A DNA stretch of 64,000 bases from the NCBI RefSeq assembly GCF_964204645.1, contig NC_134026.1, positions 4,301,950 through 4,365,949 of the forward strand. The letters are read 5' to 3'. Shown piece by piece: positions 46,501-61,448 of the stretch. Both the position numbers and the translations under genes were made by a program. The DNA is from Tubulanus polymorphus (lineage: Eukaryota > Animalia > Nemertea). The notes beneath the pieces are model-generated. The model saw only the letters and a program-made list of their open reading frames with translations. It made no database searches and had not been told where the DNA came from. Positions within the stretch are counted from its first letter, which is position 1; each line of letters begins with the position of its first letter.

Positions 46501-49500
46501 AGAATAGACGTAAGTCGCTGGTCGTGACAGAAATGATCTACAGCAGGTGATTATTACATGCAGACCGGATATGACCATCATCGTAAATAATATCTTTCGA
46601 CTTCTGATTGCCAGTTAATTCATGTGCTTAGCTTTTATTTGTTGTCCAATTTATGCCCGCATTCGCGGATAATAAATAACGCGGACAACCTACGCTACCA
46701 TCCACAGGGAGATATCATCCCTGGTACTAGGCCATACGATCTTATCTCATAGGTTCACGATCGAGTCCTGTGGATGGTCCATTGCGGACTAAATGAATAT
46801 TTTACTCTCACCGTTCATCTTCCGGTTGCCCGATATGAGAAAAGTCATTCGATGGTTTAAACCGCGAAACGTCATCCCCTTCAAAGTATTACTCGGTATT
46901 TGGTTTTTTATGTGATCCGAATCATCCACCTCATAGAACAACCCCTACTATAAGCGATATATTTCCATGCGATATTTTCGAGTTGGATTAAAGAAAGTAA
47001 CAGCGGCAAAACTATCATTTATTATTACCTGACAACCATGCATACGTGTGACTAGAGACATTCATCCCCGAAATCAGCCTGTATATGTGTTCCCTTGAAC
47101 ATCAGATAAAACACGGGGTGGCTAAGGACATTCCTGCAAACCAATATTTTCATAAAGAGGTGAACAAATAATTTCGTGCTTACCTAGTTTTCGTCATTGG
47201 CAAGGTCTAACACGAACAACCGAGAGTCGTAAAATGTTCCCGCACGAATTTTCGAGTTCGCCGGAATGACTTTTACGAGCGATTCATTTCACGCTACGGC
47301 CGCTAGAAAACGCGCAGAGTGGAAGGATATCCCTGTCAGTAGATCGCGGGCTTTACTGATATTCTTGAATAAATACGTAAATATTTTTTCGCAGCTCAAC
47401 AACTTTCCGGGGGTGAAAAGATAAACGACTAAACTATTTGCTTGACTGCGTTCTTCACGAGGGTCACCATTGGCGTGTTCTTTTTTCACTCGTTGGCCAC
47501 AAAAAATTACGTATTTCGAGCGTCGTATACTTCTATTTGTATGTTTGTATATCTGGTGCAAAGCGTGACCAAATCTTTTGTAGGCCTCATAAAGAATAAA
47601 ACGGCGTTGAAATTATAAACACCTAAGCAAGGGTTGTATATCCAGCTATCCTCGTATTTAGCATAGGCCAATTTTGTTACCGCTTTGTTATTTATTAGAA
47701 ATAATACGAGCAACTGGGCTTGAAATTGGTGCTTTGCGGTTTCGAATTAGATTTCAGGTAAATACAATTGATCACCAGGGACGTACTGCTGTAGCTGATT
47801 TCACACCCGAGCCATTAATCTTTGAACAGTTATAATATACGGAGCATTATACTGCCAATGAAATTGAAATGAAATTGTATGTATACCACGCGTTAAACGC
47901 AAATCCGAAGATGTCAACCCGCGGTCTGCTGGTCTTGTTGGAATTATCGTGTTTGCTGAAAATGAGATACTCTCATTTAAAATCTAATCAGAAAGTAACT
48001 AATTTGAGCAATAAATCCACGATAACTATTCGAAAATTTCAGGATTTGAACATGGATCGTACCACGCAATTAAAAACTGTCCAACGGAGAGAGCTTTCAT
48101 AATTAATCGTTGTTGATATAGTTATTATTGTCCGGCTTCTTTTCGGAGAAGGCCAAACAACAAGTCGTGCGAGGAAAACGTGGAAATGGCACCGCCCACC
48201 GCTTTTACCTTCAAATCTCTTGGTACGGGGGATCGATTTAGTACCTCTGAATATCCTTGGAGGAAATGACGGGAGATTCAAGTACATATCTATCACGCTC
48301 TTACAGATGAACAATCTGTCAGCAAAGAATCGTTAACGATAGATATACACAGTTGCGAATGACGCCGGTTATGTACATATATGTGTAACAGATTTTGAAA
48401 ATCGAGACTTTCGATCAATAATTTGTAAGCTGTGTTAATAATGAGCCAATATCTGGCTGGAAAATTCCGGTAAATATTCGAATAGTCCAGTAACCAACAA
48501 TCAGGCGGACTCAGCATCTCACGTTACGTTAAGTTAATGGAATTTTAGATTTTCTCAAAAGTTCTGTTTACGCAAGTGACAAAACTAATCAAATTCGGTA
48601 TTCTGTTATAGCGAGGCTTTTTGTATTTTCACGAATATGATTTGCTGAACTGAACAGAGTAGAGAAAGAAAGAGAGAAATTATTTTGTTAGTTCGAATGC
48701 GTGGTTCTGGGGTGAAGCGATTAAAAGCCCCGTGTGGTGCAATGCACAGCAGGGCACATTAATAACGGGCTTTGAACTTTTTCAATGAATTAACGCCACG
48801 TCGCTGAAACCTTTAATTAAAAGTTTGATTTCTGCATTAGCCGTCTGCGCGAAATGGATATTCTTTAGAACAGAGTTGACAAGCGGTCAAGTTTTGACAA
48901 ACGATAAAATTGCGGTCACACTTACTAGATTATGAAAAGAATGGGAATTTTTACCTTCGAAAATCTGGTTGATTTCTTAGAAACTAATTCGTTTACGTGT
49001 TGTCCAACGGTTGAAATGAAAAAGAAATGACAGAGATTACGGCTGGGATTTCCGCGAGTTACCGATGTGAGCTCCAGCATGCCACTTCCAGTCTCGAGTA
49101 CAGAATATATAGGAAAATAAGTTCATTCTGCCATGGGATAAGTGATAAGTGATGCTAGAGAATATAGTTATTCTATGTCGATGAAACCGGCCCCTGATGT
49201 GTAAGGAAATTGATGCAACGGTTATGTTATTTTCTCTCGGTGGGAGTGCATATAGTCGTTCTTCCCGTTAGCTAGGGAAACGACATCGGTTCGACCTCTT
49301 CAAGTCAACGATTAATCTGTCAGTAGTTTATACTTCAAATCGATGTTTATCGATAAGGAGTATTTAGTTCCGATAACAAGTTGTTAATGCAGTCCTCGGT
49401 TAAGTTAGCGTTTAGCACGTCCATCATGCGCTCCTTAACCACAGATTAACGATCTCGATGTAAATTGAATCTGTACAGTTTATGTCAGATAGACTGATGA

Positions 49501-51855
49501 ATTCAACAGCCCCTGCTACTCTTTATAAGTCCCAAGAAAACATGAAAATCCATTGGTCAATGCCCAAAGTAACGCATTTCTCAGCGTCGGCCATCTTGGA
49601 ACTAGGTCCGAACTACAGTGACCATGCTCAATCCCGTGGTCGACTATATCCGGACTATAGTTTCGTCTAACCGACATTCCGTTTCACTCAGTTTGCAGTC
49701 GACAAACTCCTATTACCGAAGTTCGCCAAGCCGGGGAAGAATGTTAAGCCATCTGCCAGATCCGGACACGATGAGATTTGCTCACATGGACTAGGGGGTA
49801 AAATGCCTCACAATAACCTGAAATTGAGGCAATCATGGTATCACCTTTTCAGGAAAATACCTGTTCCACCCACCATAAAGATATGTAGTATGGTATGTTT
49901 TGATTATTAAGTTTTTGTCGACTACGAATTCTGCAAAGTATTACAAAGGATTATACGCGAGCTAAGTATCCCCCATCGTGACGGATTATCCGTGATCTAA
50001 AAATCATCGGCGCATCGCCTCTCAACGCAAATGAAATATGTCGTTGTCGGGGATGTTCTTTTATTGAATCTTTTATATATATATCAATAATCCTGCCCTT
50101 GAGAAGCAGTAAATGCTACTCGAAAATATTGAAATGATATGATCATTTTTAGTCTCCGAACCGCGTCGGTTGAACATCATAAAATCGTATACATTCAATT
50201 ATGAATACCCTCGAGTGAAGATTGGTAGAAAGGAATTTTTAATGTCGAATACATGCCGAATGAAAGACTATACGGAACCTTAAGACTACAGCCTACAGCC
50301 TACATATCGCTAAGATGAGAATTTCAATGTGGTGTTCACTTGCAACGGATGTCTCAGGCGGCGAAGACGAATGGCCACTGTTGTCGCTTGAGTTTAAGCT
50401 TACGGTACACACGAGACAGGCGTTAGGTCTTAATTATAGTATTTCGATGTAAATGCGTGTAATGTAGGCCCCCATCTTACTAGAACAACATTCTTAAGAC
50501 CGGGAACTAACGACAAGCCAATTCATCATTTACACGCGGGGTGTTGTTGCAATACGTCGATCAGAATTCATTTAACATTAATCAATTATCTAAGATAAGT
50601 GACCATGAGGTGTCACATACGACCAAATCTTCTGAGAACAACGTTTATCAGTGAAATCGAGAATTATTCAATTAGCAACGTGAACCCCATAGCCTAATTG
50701 GCTAAATGACCAGGCCGGCAGGGGGGTTCCCAGGGGCGTAAAACTGATTAGGTGGGTTGATCGAAGGGCCCCGCTGTAATTTCATTTCGATCTAATGATT
50801 CATTCAGTCACTACATATTACGTCTCACATTTTCCAATACCAACATATATCTATGACGAAGAGTCAATGGAACGCGAAAACAAGTGATAGATTCCTAATG
50901 TTGTTGGTTTAGCATTAAATTCTGATATCAGCAAAATTCCACAGCCTCCGTGGTGATAAGAACTACTTATGAATTAATAGATTATGACATACAGTAACGT
51001 GGAAGAAACACTTTGGGTGGCTACGATATCGGAATTCGCTAATAGCAAATCATACTTCATGGTTGAGCCGTCGCGGAAGGGTCGGTGGCTCATCTCTAAT
51101 CGTTCAATTAAGAACTCGATACCCGCGGCAACATCTTGTCCTCGAACTTCCCTCATCCTAACTTCCGTTATCATCAAACTAATCGGTTCGCTTTTCAATG
51201 TCGATGTTTTCCTTTTGAAGGTATTTGTCGGTATGAAAACCATGCTTTTACTTGATTCAGGCAATTTTCCATGCTTGGAATAGTCGGTCAATATTTCTTA
51301 CTAAAACTTACCGATACGTGAAGTAAAAAGAAAGCAGTACCTGCTATGAACTGCGCTATTATTTCTGTTATGAGTGAACACGCGAATGTTTTTTCCTGTT
51401 AAACCTCGCGTAGTGCTTAACGGATCGATGGATAAAAGTTGTAGTTTGCCCTGAAGCTGTTACAGTAGTGAGTTAATTACAACTATAACCCGCCCCGCTT
51501 CCATGGTGGTTGTTCTTATTGAATATGTGATCAAAATGTACAGCCACTACATGCAGTTGAAGAACTTCAGCATGACCGATTATAGCTGAAGGATGTGTAA
51601 CCGATATTTCTGTGTCAACGTTTGGCCTTCATCCGTTTTAAAGAGACGATCATTCAACGAACAAACACAGGAACAGAATCAGTGCGTGGTCTAAGGGGTC
51701 CGGACTCCTGCCTTCCAATTAAAGTCGCAATTTTTGTTAATAAGGCAACGATCGTTAACTCATCCTTCTGGAAAAAACATCTTTTTCTGATATGTATTTC
51801 ATCATTTCTTCAAAGATGTCTTACCATAGAGGGACCCCACAAGTTGCCTTAGACA

Positions 51856-51977
51856 TAATGATAATAATAATAATAATAATTTTATTTTTCCATTTTGAAT
51901 TATAATAATCGTACAAAGTAATACAAATACAAAAATTCAAGATGGCCGTAATACAAATACAAAAATTCAAGATGGCC
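51856..51977. repeat. (AAT)n microsatellite followed by an exact 30-bp tandem duplication
   Basis: GTAATACAAATACAAAAATTCAAGATGGCC occurs twice (51918-51947 and 51948-51977); (AAT)n lies at about 51862-51879. Confidence 0.85.
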
Positions 51978-54900
51978 GCTTTATCCGAAAAATATCTTTT
52001 CTTTTCTTCCTAGAACCTGGCCTTGCAATTTTCCTTCAACCTGTGAAACGGTCCAATCTTCATATATAACCTTTTTAATTGATGAAGCGAGCATTGCGTT
52101 TGAATTGAGTACTGAAGACATAGGAACCGCGAGACCTCTCACGCCGACTCCTGAATGAACCAGTTCTACGAGGCAGCTGCGTCTCGCAACAAGTTAATCG
52201 GAAGTAGATGCTTTTCCTAGATAGAATTTTAATTAAGCTGACCAACGATAAGTTCCACTTACCGCAATTACATAATTGTACTACACTTACTGACTGTTGC
52301 GCTCAATCACTATGGCAGTCACGTCTGCAGTCGACATAGCTATAGTAAACTGGTTATTCAGATGGAATTCTAATTATGTTATTTTCGATCTTTTAGAAAT
52401 GATCTACCGGACAGAAAACCTAACCAGCTATAGGTGACAACGAAAGCTATTCTACAACCATACACAGCGTTTTCCCCTGCCTTGAAATAAACATCGATTC
52501 CAATCACTAATTCTTCCAAATTGATTATCTTGTACTGCGTATACACAAGTATCGTGCATTCAATCGAAATTATATATGTAAGAAGCACTTTCGATAGGAA
52601 GAATGTATGAGGACAGATATTATTAACATTCTCGACTCGTTACAACACGATAGAGGCCCGAGGACAGTGAAACCCTGACTAGGAAGCAAATTAAAGCGAG
52701 TAAGCTATTATCTTCGTTCGACTTGTGTGCGAATTGGAAATATCTCATTCCATTTGATAACTCATTGTCACCTATTAGACAGTCTTGAACACGGTGCAGC
52801 TGGGTCAATTTCAAATGGATTATACGGTCGTGTGGTCTAGAGCTTCGGAGATCATTTGACGCCATAACGTTAAAGCCCTCAGATTTACCATCTGAGGCGA
52901 CTATAGATTTCTTTGAAGTACTGAATGAACTTTGCGATGTACTGTCTAAACACATCATTCTGTACTATTCATTCTACTATTATTTCTTTTACGACGAAAG
53001 GCTATACCTTGATTAATATCCTATCCTCATTAACGTGTTCGCCGTTAAATAAGATTCTTCACAATATAATCGTCGTTCATCTACCGATATAAATTACCTT
53101 CCATCGCAATCACAACTCCCAATCATCGTTTACGAACAGGGTGAAAGATGTTTCTATGCAATCTGTAGCAGACACGCTGTTTTAGCTTTTCATTAAAATT
53201 CACTCCCTTATTTCTGTAACTGAAAAACAGCTTTTGTTCATACAAACATTTTCATTCAAGGAATCTTCTAATTACACCTTTATTCATAAGGGTATCTAAT
53301 GAGAGCCGACCATTCAACCCGCGGTATGCTATTGCACGAGATTGTCTTTTTAAGGGTCTACATTTCGCAATAGCGCAAAAATATATCTTCCCATACTCAA
53401 CAGCGTAACAGGTACTGGTCAATCAGTCCGAAGACACGCCTACTATCAATTCCGACTAATTTTCTGGAATCGCTGCTTCCTACACAGTAGGATTTGACAT
53501 CTGAAATGTGCCATAAGGCTCGACGAAATTTCGTCGATATAATCATAAATGTTTCATCTAATATTTTATCTCATGCAGAAAATTTTACTGACGTCACTGT
53601 AATCAGTTCACCGAGCACAGATACAACATGAATAACTGCGAGAATGCCTTGGCATTGAAGTCAGTTATGCATTATTCATTCGGCAGTTTCTTCATCAAGA
53701 TAATACAGTTTTAATTGTGGATCGATTGTAATGAATTATTATTAACACAATACGCAATATCACAGTAATCGCGTTTAAACGGATCACGATGACCACACGT
53801 ATCTAAACACCCCCCCCCCCCCAGCGTTTTAGGTTATTGTTTTCAACTTCATATAATGCATTACTGATAGGCTGGTTGGCTATATATCGACAATGGCTAT
53901 AAGCAACGATCGCGTGAAAACCAAACGATTGGAAAATTTTCCAAAAATGATTAAGAAATCCACCGTCGGACCAGGCCTGAGCCAATTCATTGCGTTTGAA
54001 TGTGGACTGGTTACCGGTGTGACTAGCCTCGCTTTGTCGCAGCATTCGGTTTAGTGTCGCTCTCTGTGTAGGCACGGGCCAAATTTGACTCGGGTTTGAT
54101 CCGGTTCAAATCGTCTCCGTGTGATCGCGGCTAATGACTCGTGGATTATGGTTCACGATGCTGTCAAGTCAAATAAACTGCAAGATTGAATACATTTCGT
54201 TTTAAGTGACCTGAATATTAGGCTACAGTATGCGACCGGCGAAAAGCTAATCGTTTTTTTTTTATAGAAGATTTAGACTACTTTCATCTAGACCTAGCTA
54301 TAGTTTGTAATCATCAGGAATGCCCGAATCGACAGTAGAAAAACCATCAAAAATCGTGGGAGCGCTCCGTGGGTGTACGTTCAGTCGGCTTTGAACGCAT
54401 AACGCATTCTGTGAAAGATCATCTTAAACATTCACCCAATTCTAGACAAATTCGATTCCGGTGCGTGGGCTCCTCACATGTATACACATATATATATATA
54501 TACGTCTGACTCCGTAGTCAATATTCCCAAACGGTAATCGCATACGACTCGATGTTCTTTTTCATAGTGGGGTTTTTCTGATAGACGTCATGAATTTTTC
54601 CTTTTGTGTGTTCGTTTCGCGGAATTGATTGATTTTAGCTTAATATACAAATGAAAGGCATGAGTGAACATTATTTCTCATTTTCGGACAAACACCGATA
54701 CAGCTACAAAAGCCTGCACATTGACATAAATGACCCCCTGAACATATTTATACATATCTAGAATCATGGTTCATTATTGTCTGTATGGATTCGATGCGCA
54801 GATGTTTCTTTTTTCATAGCATGAATTTCACATTATTTCAAAATAGCGATTCGAAATACCACTGAAGTGCTGGTTCGTGTGGGTGAATGTATATGCAGAG

Positions 54901-57900
54901 AGACAAGCACAAAATTGCAGAAGGAAAACTTTCGTGACCGTAGACCGCAAATTCCATTCCATCAACTTATTGTTTGCTTTGCGAAATACCGGCCGAGTCC
55001 ACGTCTATAGTTAATGGCCGCGCGCAGACGGCGATTTGTAGATTGAAATCGGAAGTTACCTGCGTATACCACCGATGAAACTAATGATGTATACTGATAA
55101 ACCCCTGAATCGCAAGCTCACCGTTATATGTAATAGACAATCTGTTAATTTGCCAACGATGTTAGATGAGATTGGTTTTGGCGTGAACAACAGCTCAACC
55201 CCCCGATCTGTTGATGCGCCGCATGTTAAATCGGGTTCAATCTAAAGCGATTAAAAGGTTATCTCTTGTACAGGGGCACTAAACTTCCGGTAAGACATTT
55301 CTATCTTACACGTTCACCCGTGTTGGGCTGGTTTTAACATGTTTATCGATGACCAGTCAAGAAATCTTTGATCCGATATTGGAAAGCGGAATGGCGTTTT
55401 GAGTAATATTATGATTCTCATGCGAATGGCATCGTTTTATGAAAGTACAGTGGTATATTTATGCGTCTCAATGGATTTTCGAAAGACTATTCAAATGCAG
55501 TATACATTCCTACAGAGTCCTTAGACAGATTATTATAAAGACAGACAAAATGTGGAGGTTTTAAGGAAAATTAGTTTGAGTAAAGTATCAACCTAAAACG
55601 ACGAGTGAAAAGTAGAGATTAGTCGTTCAAAACTGAAAAGGAAGGATTAGAACAATTAATCCTTGATTTGGGATAAGTACTGTTAACTATACTTGGCTTT
55701 CATTACATGAGATCTTTACAGCACTTTCCAGTCATTTTCTATTCCAACTTACCGTTTTCACGCCCGAAAATCATTCAATAGTTTCAATCATTGTCTTGCT
55801 TGTAAGAAGAGCTTTTGATGGGATTACGGAAATGTAAAGAACGTAAAATTTCATAACATATATTCCATTTTCATTTGTACACAACTCACCTTTTTCTACC
55901 AAATTCCTTTTTTAAATGAATATGTTAATCCATTACCATTGAGCCTCTAAAAGTAGCAGATGGTGAGATGTATCACCATTTACTAATCCGGCGATTGGTT
56001 CACGCGACGGACGGGAGAAACTTTTAATCCATTTCCAAGCGATAATACCTAAACACCATTCGGCACCGGCGGTGCTTTCAACGCAAATATTGATGTCGGC
56101 CTGACTTCACTGCGGGGAATGCGTCGCTATGCCATCAGATGTAGCGGTTGATCTAACAATTTATAGTATATGGACAATTACTAAGGACGTGGCAGAATGT
56201 TTAGTTTGTGATGTGCAAAAGTTCAGATTTTATTCGATTCCGTCCCGATCTTTCTCGCTACTGTTGATACAGCGCACGCAACGCGGCAACGCGTCGTTAG
56301 GTCTTCATTGGTTGCGATAATGTAGTCCTCGAAGACGTCCGCGCAATTTGTCGTTACAACGAACTGCTTTCACACCAACTCAACAACTGGGTCCCGCTTC
56401 TCAGATCGGTTCGATCTACAGCCTGTTATGAAATATGATACGGTCCGATGCTTCTTCCTTCGATGTGTTCATCAATGGATTCATCAATAAATGTGACATA
56501 AAATGATACCACTAATGCACAAAATATTCACCCGTTTCAATCTTCAGACGAAAAAGCTTTTTGCAGTGGACGATGTGAATAACAATCTATACAGTTATGT
56601 ATGATCCGTCGTTTCATTATTGAACTCAATTATTTGCATATGCATTTTTTATCCGTATGTCGTCATATCGTTTACAATTACTTGTAATATGTAGAAGACA
56701 CTATGCGACTGTGAGACATAAGGCTACATTATGATCTATATAGGTATGTGCGTATTGTTAACGAGTGAATTCCAAGGATAGTTCATTATATAAGAATGAA
56801 GGGTCGATGTTGCAATTAATCACAACGCACATACAATATTTACGTATACGCGCAGGCTATACAAACATGACCAAAAGGTCAATGCAACCTCGTTTGAAAA
56901 GTAGTGGAGACTCTTCGTTAGTTTTATGTTCGAGTCTAGTTAAAGTCTCAGTGTGTGTGAGAAAACTAGTCATTCCGATACATTTTCCTCATCTTCTCGA
57001 CAGGAATCATCAATGCATTAGCGCACTACACCAGACGGCTTTGAGTCAGATAATTCTAGTTTGAAAACAGAGCGCAGCTCATTATAACTACGGTTTTGTT
57101 GGTATATCCCATTCCGTCAGCTGAATCTTTATTGATAAAAACGCGGTCGCATCTGAGTTTCTGTGAATCTATTCGCGTCGTTTATTATTATTGAATGCGG
57201 TATACAGTGTCGGGGTTTAGACAGCGTATTTTGCGTACCTGGTTTGAATATAGATTCATTCGTTCGGCAAATATAAAATCCACCGCGAGTCTTCACCATC
57301 TCATTTACACTTCATAAATTTCCATAGCAATTATCACTTACCGCCAGTCGCTACTGATCTATATACGAACACATCATTGTTTTGTGTCCCTGGACGTCGA
57401 GGGATTACACAGGCTGATCGTCTGTTACCGGTTATGAGCGCAGCGCCCGTAGTAATTTGTCGCTACGAGCTCCAGACTGTTGCCTGCCCTGCTTGCCCCT
57501 TTGGAATAATCTAACCGCATACACCCGGGGTTGGAGGTTTTATAGTTTTATAATCTGAGTTTTACTATGTCGTAAAAATAGTTTACTATCTATAATTTGC
57601 TGTAATTGTTCGTGTATGGTAGCTGAAAAACCATACCATATTTGTGGTTCGAACAGTAACTGTAGATTGGAATATCTTAAATCTATTGGGAAATTAATCA
57701 TCTTATTCCACATTTCAATCTTGATTATACCCTATAAGACTGGGCCCTTGACATTCTTTATTACTGTTGAAAAAGACTTTAGAAACACCAATGTCCCCGT
57801 GTATTCGCGGAGACACAAACCGACGAACTAAAATACACAAAAGATGAAGTTCATTCTCATTTTCCCAAAATTAAGTCTGTCCTTGGCTAATTCGAAATTC

Positions 57901-60241
57901 TAACTGCATAAGCTGGAACGAAAGTACGATCAAATTCAATTACTCGTACAAATAGATCCACGATGGATTTCTGCAACCCAACAACGTTTGGTTCTGTCGA
58001 GTCTGTATCACATTTTTCTTTCGTTTAACCAGATTGTCTTTCAAAACGTATTTCTACGCGTATTAGAGACTTATGTATTTGAAGATGCTTCGATGATTCG
58101 TGCGCGATGCATTATCAGGAATTTGTACTACGGCATTTCCAGGAGAAAATCACTGTGAGATTTGTTTTTTGTTTATAGTTGGTCGAATATAGATTTATTT
58201 TTAAAAAATGATTTTGATATTCTATAATTGTCTAACAATTTAAAACTTAGAAGACTCTTGTCAAATTGCGGACTGGTTTGCTGGTCGATCGCCTGAACAA
58301 ATATAACCTTTGATGGCTAATACATTTATCAACTTCGGGATTAGCCTCTATCAAGGTAGTTCCCAAAGAACGGAAATTACTGTAATTTTTCATGGGGTAC
58401 TTTATCTCAAATGAAATATTCAGTCTCCAGAATAATGACTGATGTATTAATATCTTCGTATACCAACGTGTCTCACCATCTTAGTATCTGTTATTCGGAG
58501 AGTAATAACGATTTATTTGGTCTCAATCCGCATATCTCAGGTTGATTTAAGTAAGTTCCGTTGCTTCTGACGGGAATAAAAAAAGATCAACGAATCTACA
58601 AAAAAGCTCCTTATCCTCAAACTATATTCCGTCGTATGTAAAATCGTTCAGTCGAATTTGTTACCCTTTTGGGCAGTGTTGAATGCGATGGTGCTGCGCG
58701 ATCGTTGGAACTGATCGGGTCATATTTTTCACTTTATAGTCATTCGACTAAATGATATCGTGAAGGATATCGGGATTTAGCCTTGAATACATTTCGGATG
58801 TAGGGAAAACCTATTAGAACCAAATTGGGCAATTGATATTCTTACCAATCCGCTTACTTTATTGCTGGCATGAATCTTTCGGTCGCATTGGAAATACCTA
58901 CGTATAAGTTTGCCGTGTACTCGGATGAGTCGGACTAGTGGCTGTACTTAATTATTTAGGATCTGCCGCAGATATCGGAAAGACTTCAAATATAAGACGA
59001 ATGCTTTATTGTAGACACGCCATAGCGGTCTGATACTGTCAGCCGCGTTCAAGTTTTAAATCGGATGTAATACGAATTATCTGTAATTCAGATTATTATC
59101 TGTAATTTTCTAATGTAATTTAATTCGTAAATAAAGAATAATAATGATAATGATAATAATGAAAAATCATAATGTATCAATGGGTTCAAAACCATGAACT
59201 GAAAGATTTTTACCATTCAGAAAAAAAGACAATTTTCGACAAGATAACGATGGTCTTAAGCTCGTAAACATCGACTACGATTTCTCCGAAGGATATTCGG
59301 ACGCGGCAATATGTATAATATTGGCATAACCGGGTAAGGAAAACAGCGGGTATGTGTTGGTCCTGCGGGCAAATGTTGGCTAATTAAGTTCCAGATAGAA
59401 TCGTCAAACGCCGCAGATCAAGGTTAATGGACACGACGAAGAGGACACGATCAGACAATGTTTCTTGACGTACGTCAGCGAATCACGAGACAACTTGGTA
59501 GTTTTTCGGTGGATAGGTAATTGCCTCATCTGCTGCAAAATACGGCTTTCAGCTTGTCAAGTCGAATGAAGAAGCTAATCCTTTACGGATTAATTAGTTT
59601 GCAGTTCGGTTTAGATATTGCAGCGACCACGTTCGTCAAATACTTTCAGTAAATTCGTATAGATGGCGACTTGGTAGTGCGCTGTCGAGATTTGCCGAAT
59701 GTAGCTCACAGAAAACATATCAACCATTCACGAGACACATAAAACGAGAAAAGCTCATAAATTCGATTTTAGATACAACGAACTGTCGTAACGAACCACC
59801 AGTCTCCTGAAGTTCGTTTTGTACTAAAACATACCTGTTTCGCTATTTGCTTTCAAAGCAGTCGAGAAATGTTATGAACGCGAAGTGAATTTTATTGCGA
59901 ACCTCTCACCGCGGAAAAATTAAAGTAGCTCTTAAAGTGTCAAAACTTACCTCGAAGGCTATAAATTCATACATACAATGAATCGAAGTCGAGCTATAAA
60001 TTACTAAATAATTGTAACACAGTTGTAATAAATGCCATTTACTTGATGAGTTATAGAAGGTAATAATAACCGTTCGTTACATTTCCCGAACTCAGTAAAT
60101 TATTTAGTTTTTCGTAAAGATTCGGGGATAATATCTATTTCCCATAGACTATGACTAAGATTTGATTTGAGGATCTTATTAGTCAAGCAAAAACGTGAAA
60201 AACTATAGTGAATATTTTGATTCCGACAGTTCGTAGCTTAC

Positions 60242-61448
60242 CACAAAATGGTATGTCGCAGAGTTCGTATCGAACGTTGGGATCTTTCGTGTAACACCAA
60301 GGACCTGTACTGTCGTCTAAATTTCTACAGAAGTTTTTTGCATCTGCGACTGTTTCGTCTGGGAATATATTTGGCTCGTTACTGTACATGTGACCATGAG
60401 GGCTCTGAGATGTCCATGTTTGACACGGGTAGCCACTCTTAGTTACTGCGACTGTTCCGCGGTATTCGAACCCTTTCACGGTTACCTTGCATTCTCTAAA
60501 CGGCACTGCAGTAGAAACAAAACAATACTAGATGAAGCAAGGAATAACCCGATTCGGACTTATACGTAAATCTTAAATATACTTAGATATCAACATGATA
60601 TATAGACATCACTACAGCATGTACTGTGCCTTGTAGGGTGATGAATGGGGTATGAATGTGCGGGCGACTGGGCCTTTCAGGTAATATGTTTTCTTCTTAA
60701 CTTCACCAGTTGTCAAGCGCCTTTTTCCCAATATTTTGTATTTCCCTATTTTCTTTCGTATATGAAAGACTATTATTGCTTTATTCATGATGTGGCATAC
60801 CAATCGTTCTCGTGCTTGCCCTCCCCACCCGGTGCAACGTAAATTCAAAATATCTGAGTTTTATAACCATACATTACCCGGGCATCTTACAACGGTGCAA
60901 ATTTCTGTTACGACGTTTCCCATTGTGTAGCACCAGGGATGATCAGCCCGAGCGTTGGCGGGATTCCTACAGAAGTTAGAAGCCTTCGCTACAGTCGTAT
61001 CTACAAACTCAGAAGCGGTCGTGTATTTCGAGTGAGCGTGAGGGGTCTGAGAACTCCACGACTGACACGCTAGGCCACTCCTTGTGACATTCAGATATCC
61101 GGCGTAATCTCTTCCTTGAGGTGTTTGCCTGCATTCAAGTGGGGCTGGAATTAACGAAAGGACTTGATAATCCAAAATACTATTAGCATATTAGCATAGT
61201 CCAAATTGGAGATGTTTAATTCACTGTCACTGCGTATGCGATCGCTTGTTCGGCATTCCACAAGAATTGACAAAAAGTATTGAAATAAATCAGTTGCGGG
61301 CAAACACCTCGAAAAAAGCATCGTTAATTGATATTGTTATATTTTGCGAATAATGATAATTCATAATTTGAAATTGTTTACAATTCATCGTATACTTACC
61401 ACTCAATCCACGATGAATCATGAACAGAATCTGAAACACAAGAGCCAT
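60242..61448 (-). CDS. Secreted kringle-domain protein: signal peptide plus two kringles; 3' end uncertain
   Basis: Exons 61448-61400 (MALVFQILFMIHRGLS), 61144-60878 (CRQTPQGRDYAG...CQSW...NFCRNP...PWCYT...C...C) and 60505-60242 (CKVTVKGFEYRG...CQTW...NFCRNLDDSTGPWCYTKDPNVRYELCDIPFC), all joined in phase 1 by GT-AG introns. Confidence 0.85.

Noticed and set aside
55826-55880. GGAAATGTAAAGAACGTA, resembling miR-1
   Set aside because: There are insertions relative to miR-1 and no star arm in the correct position.
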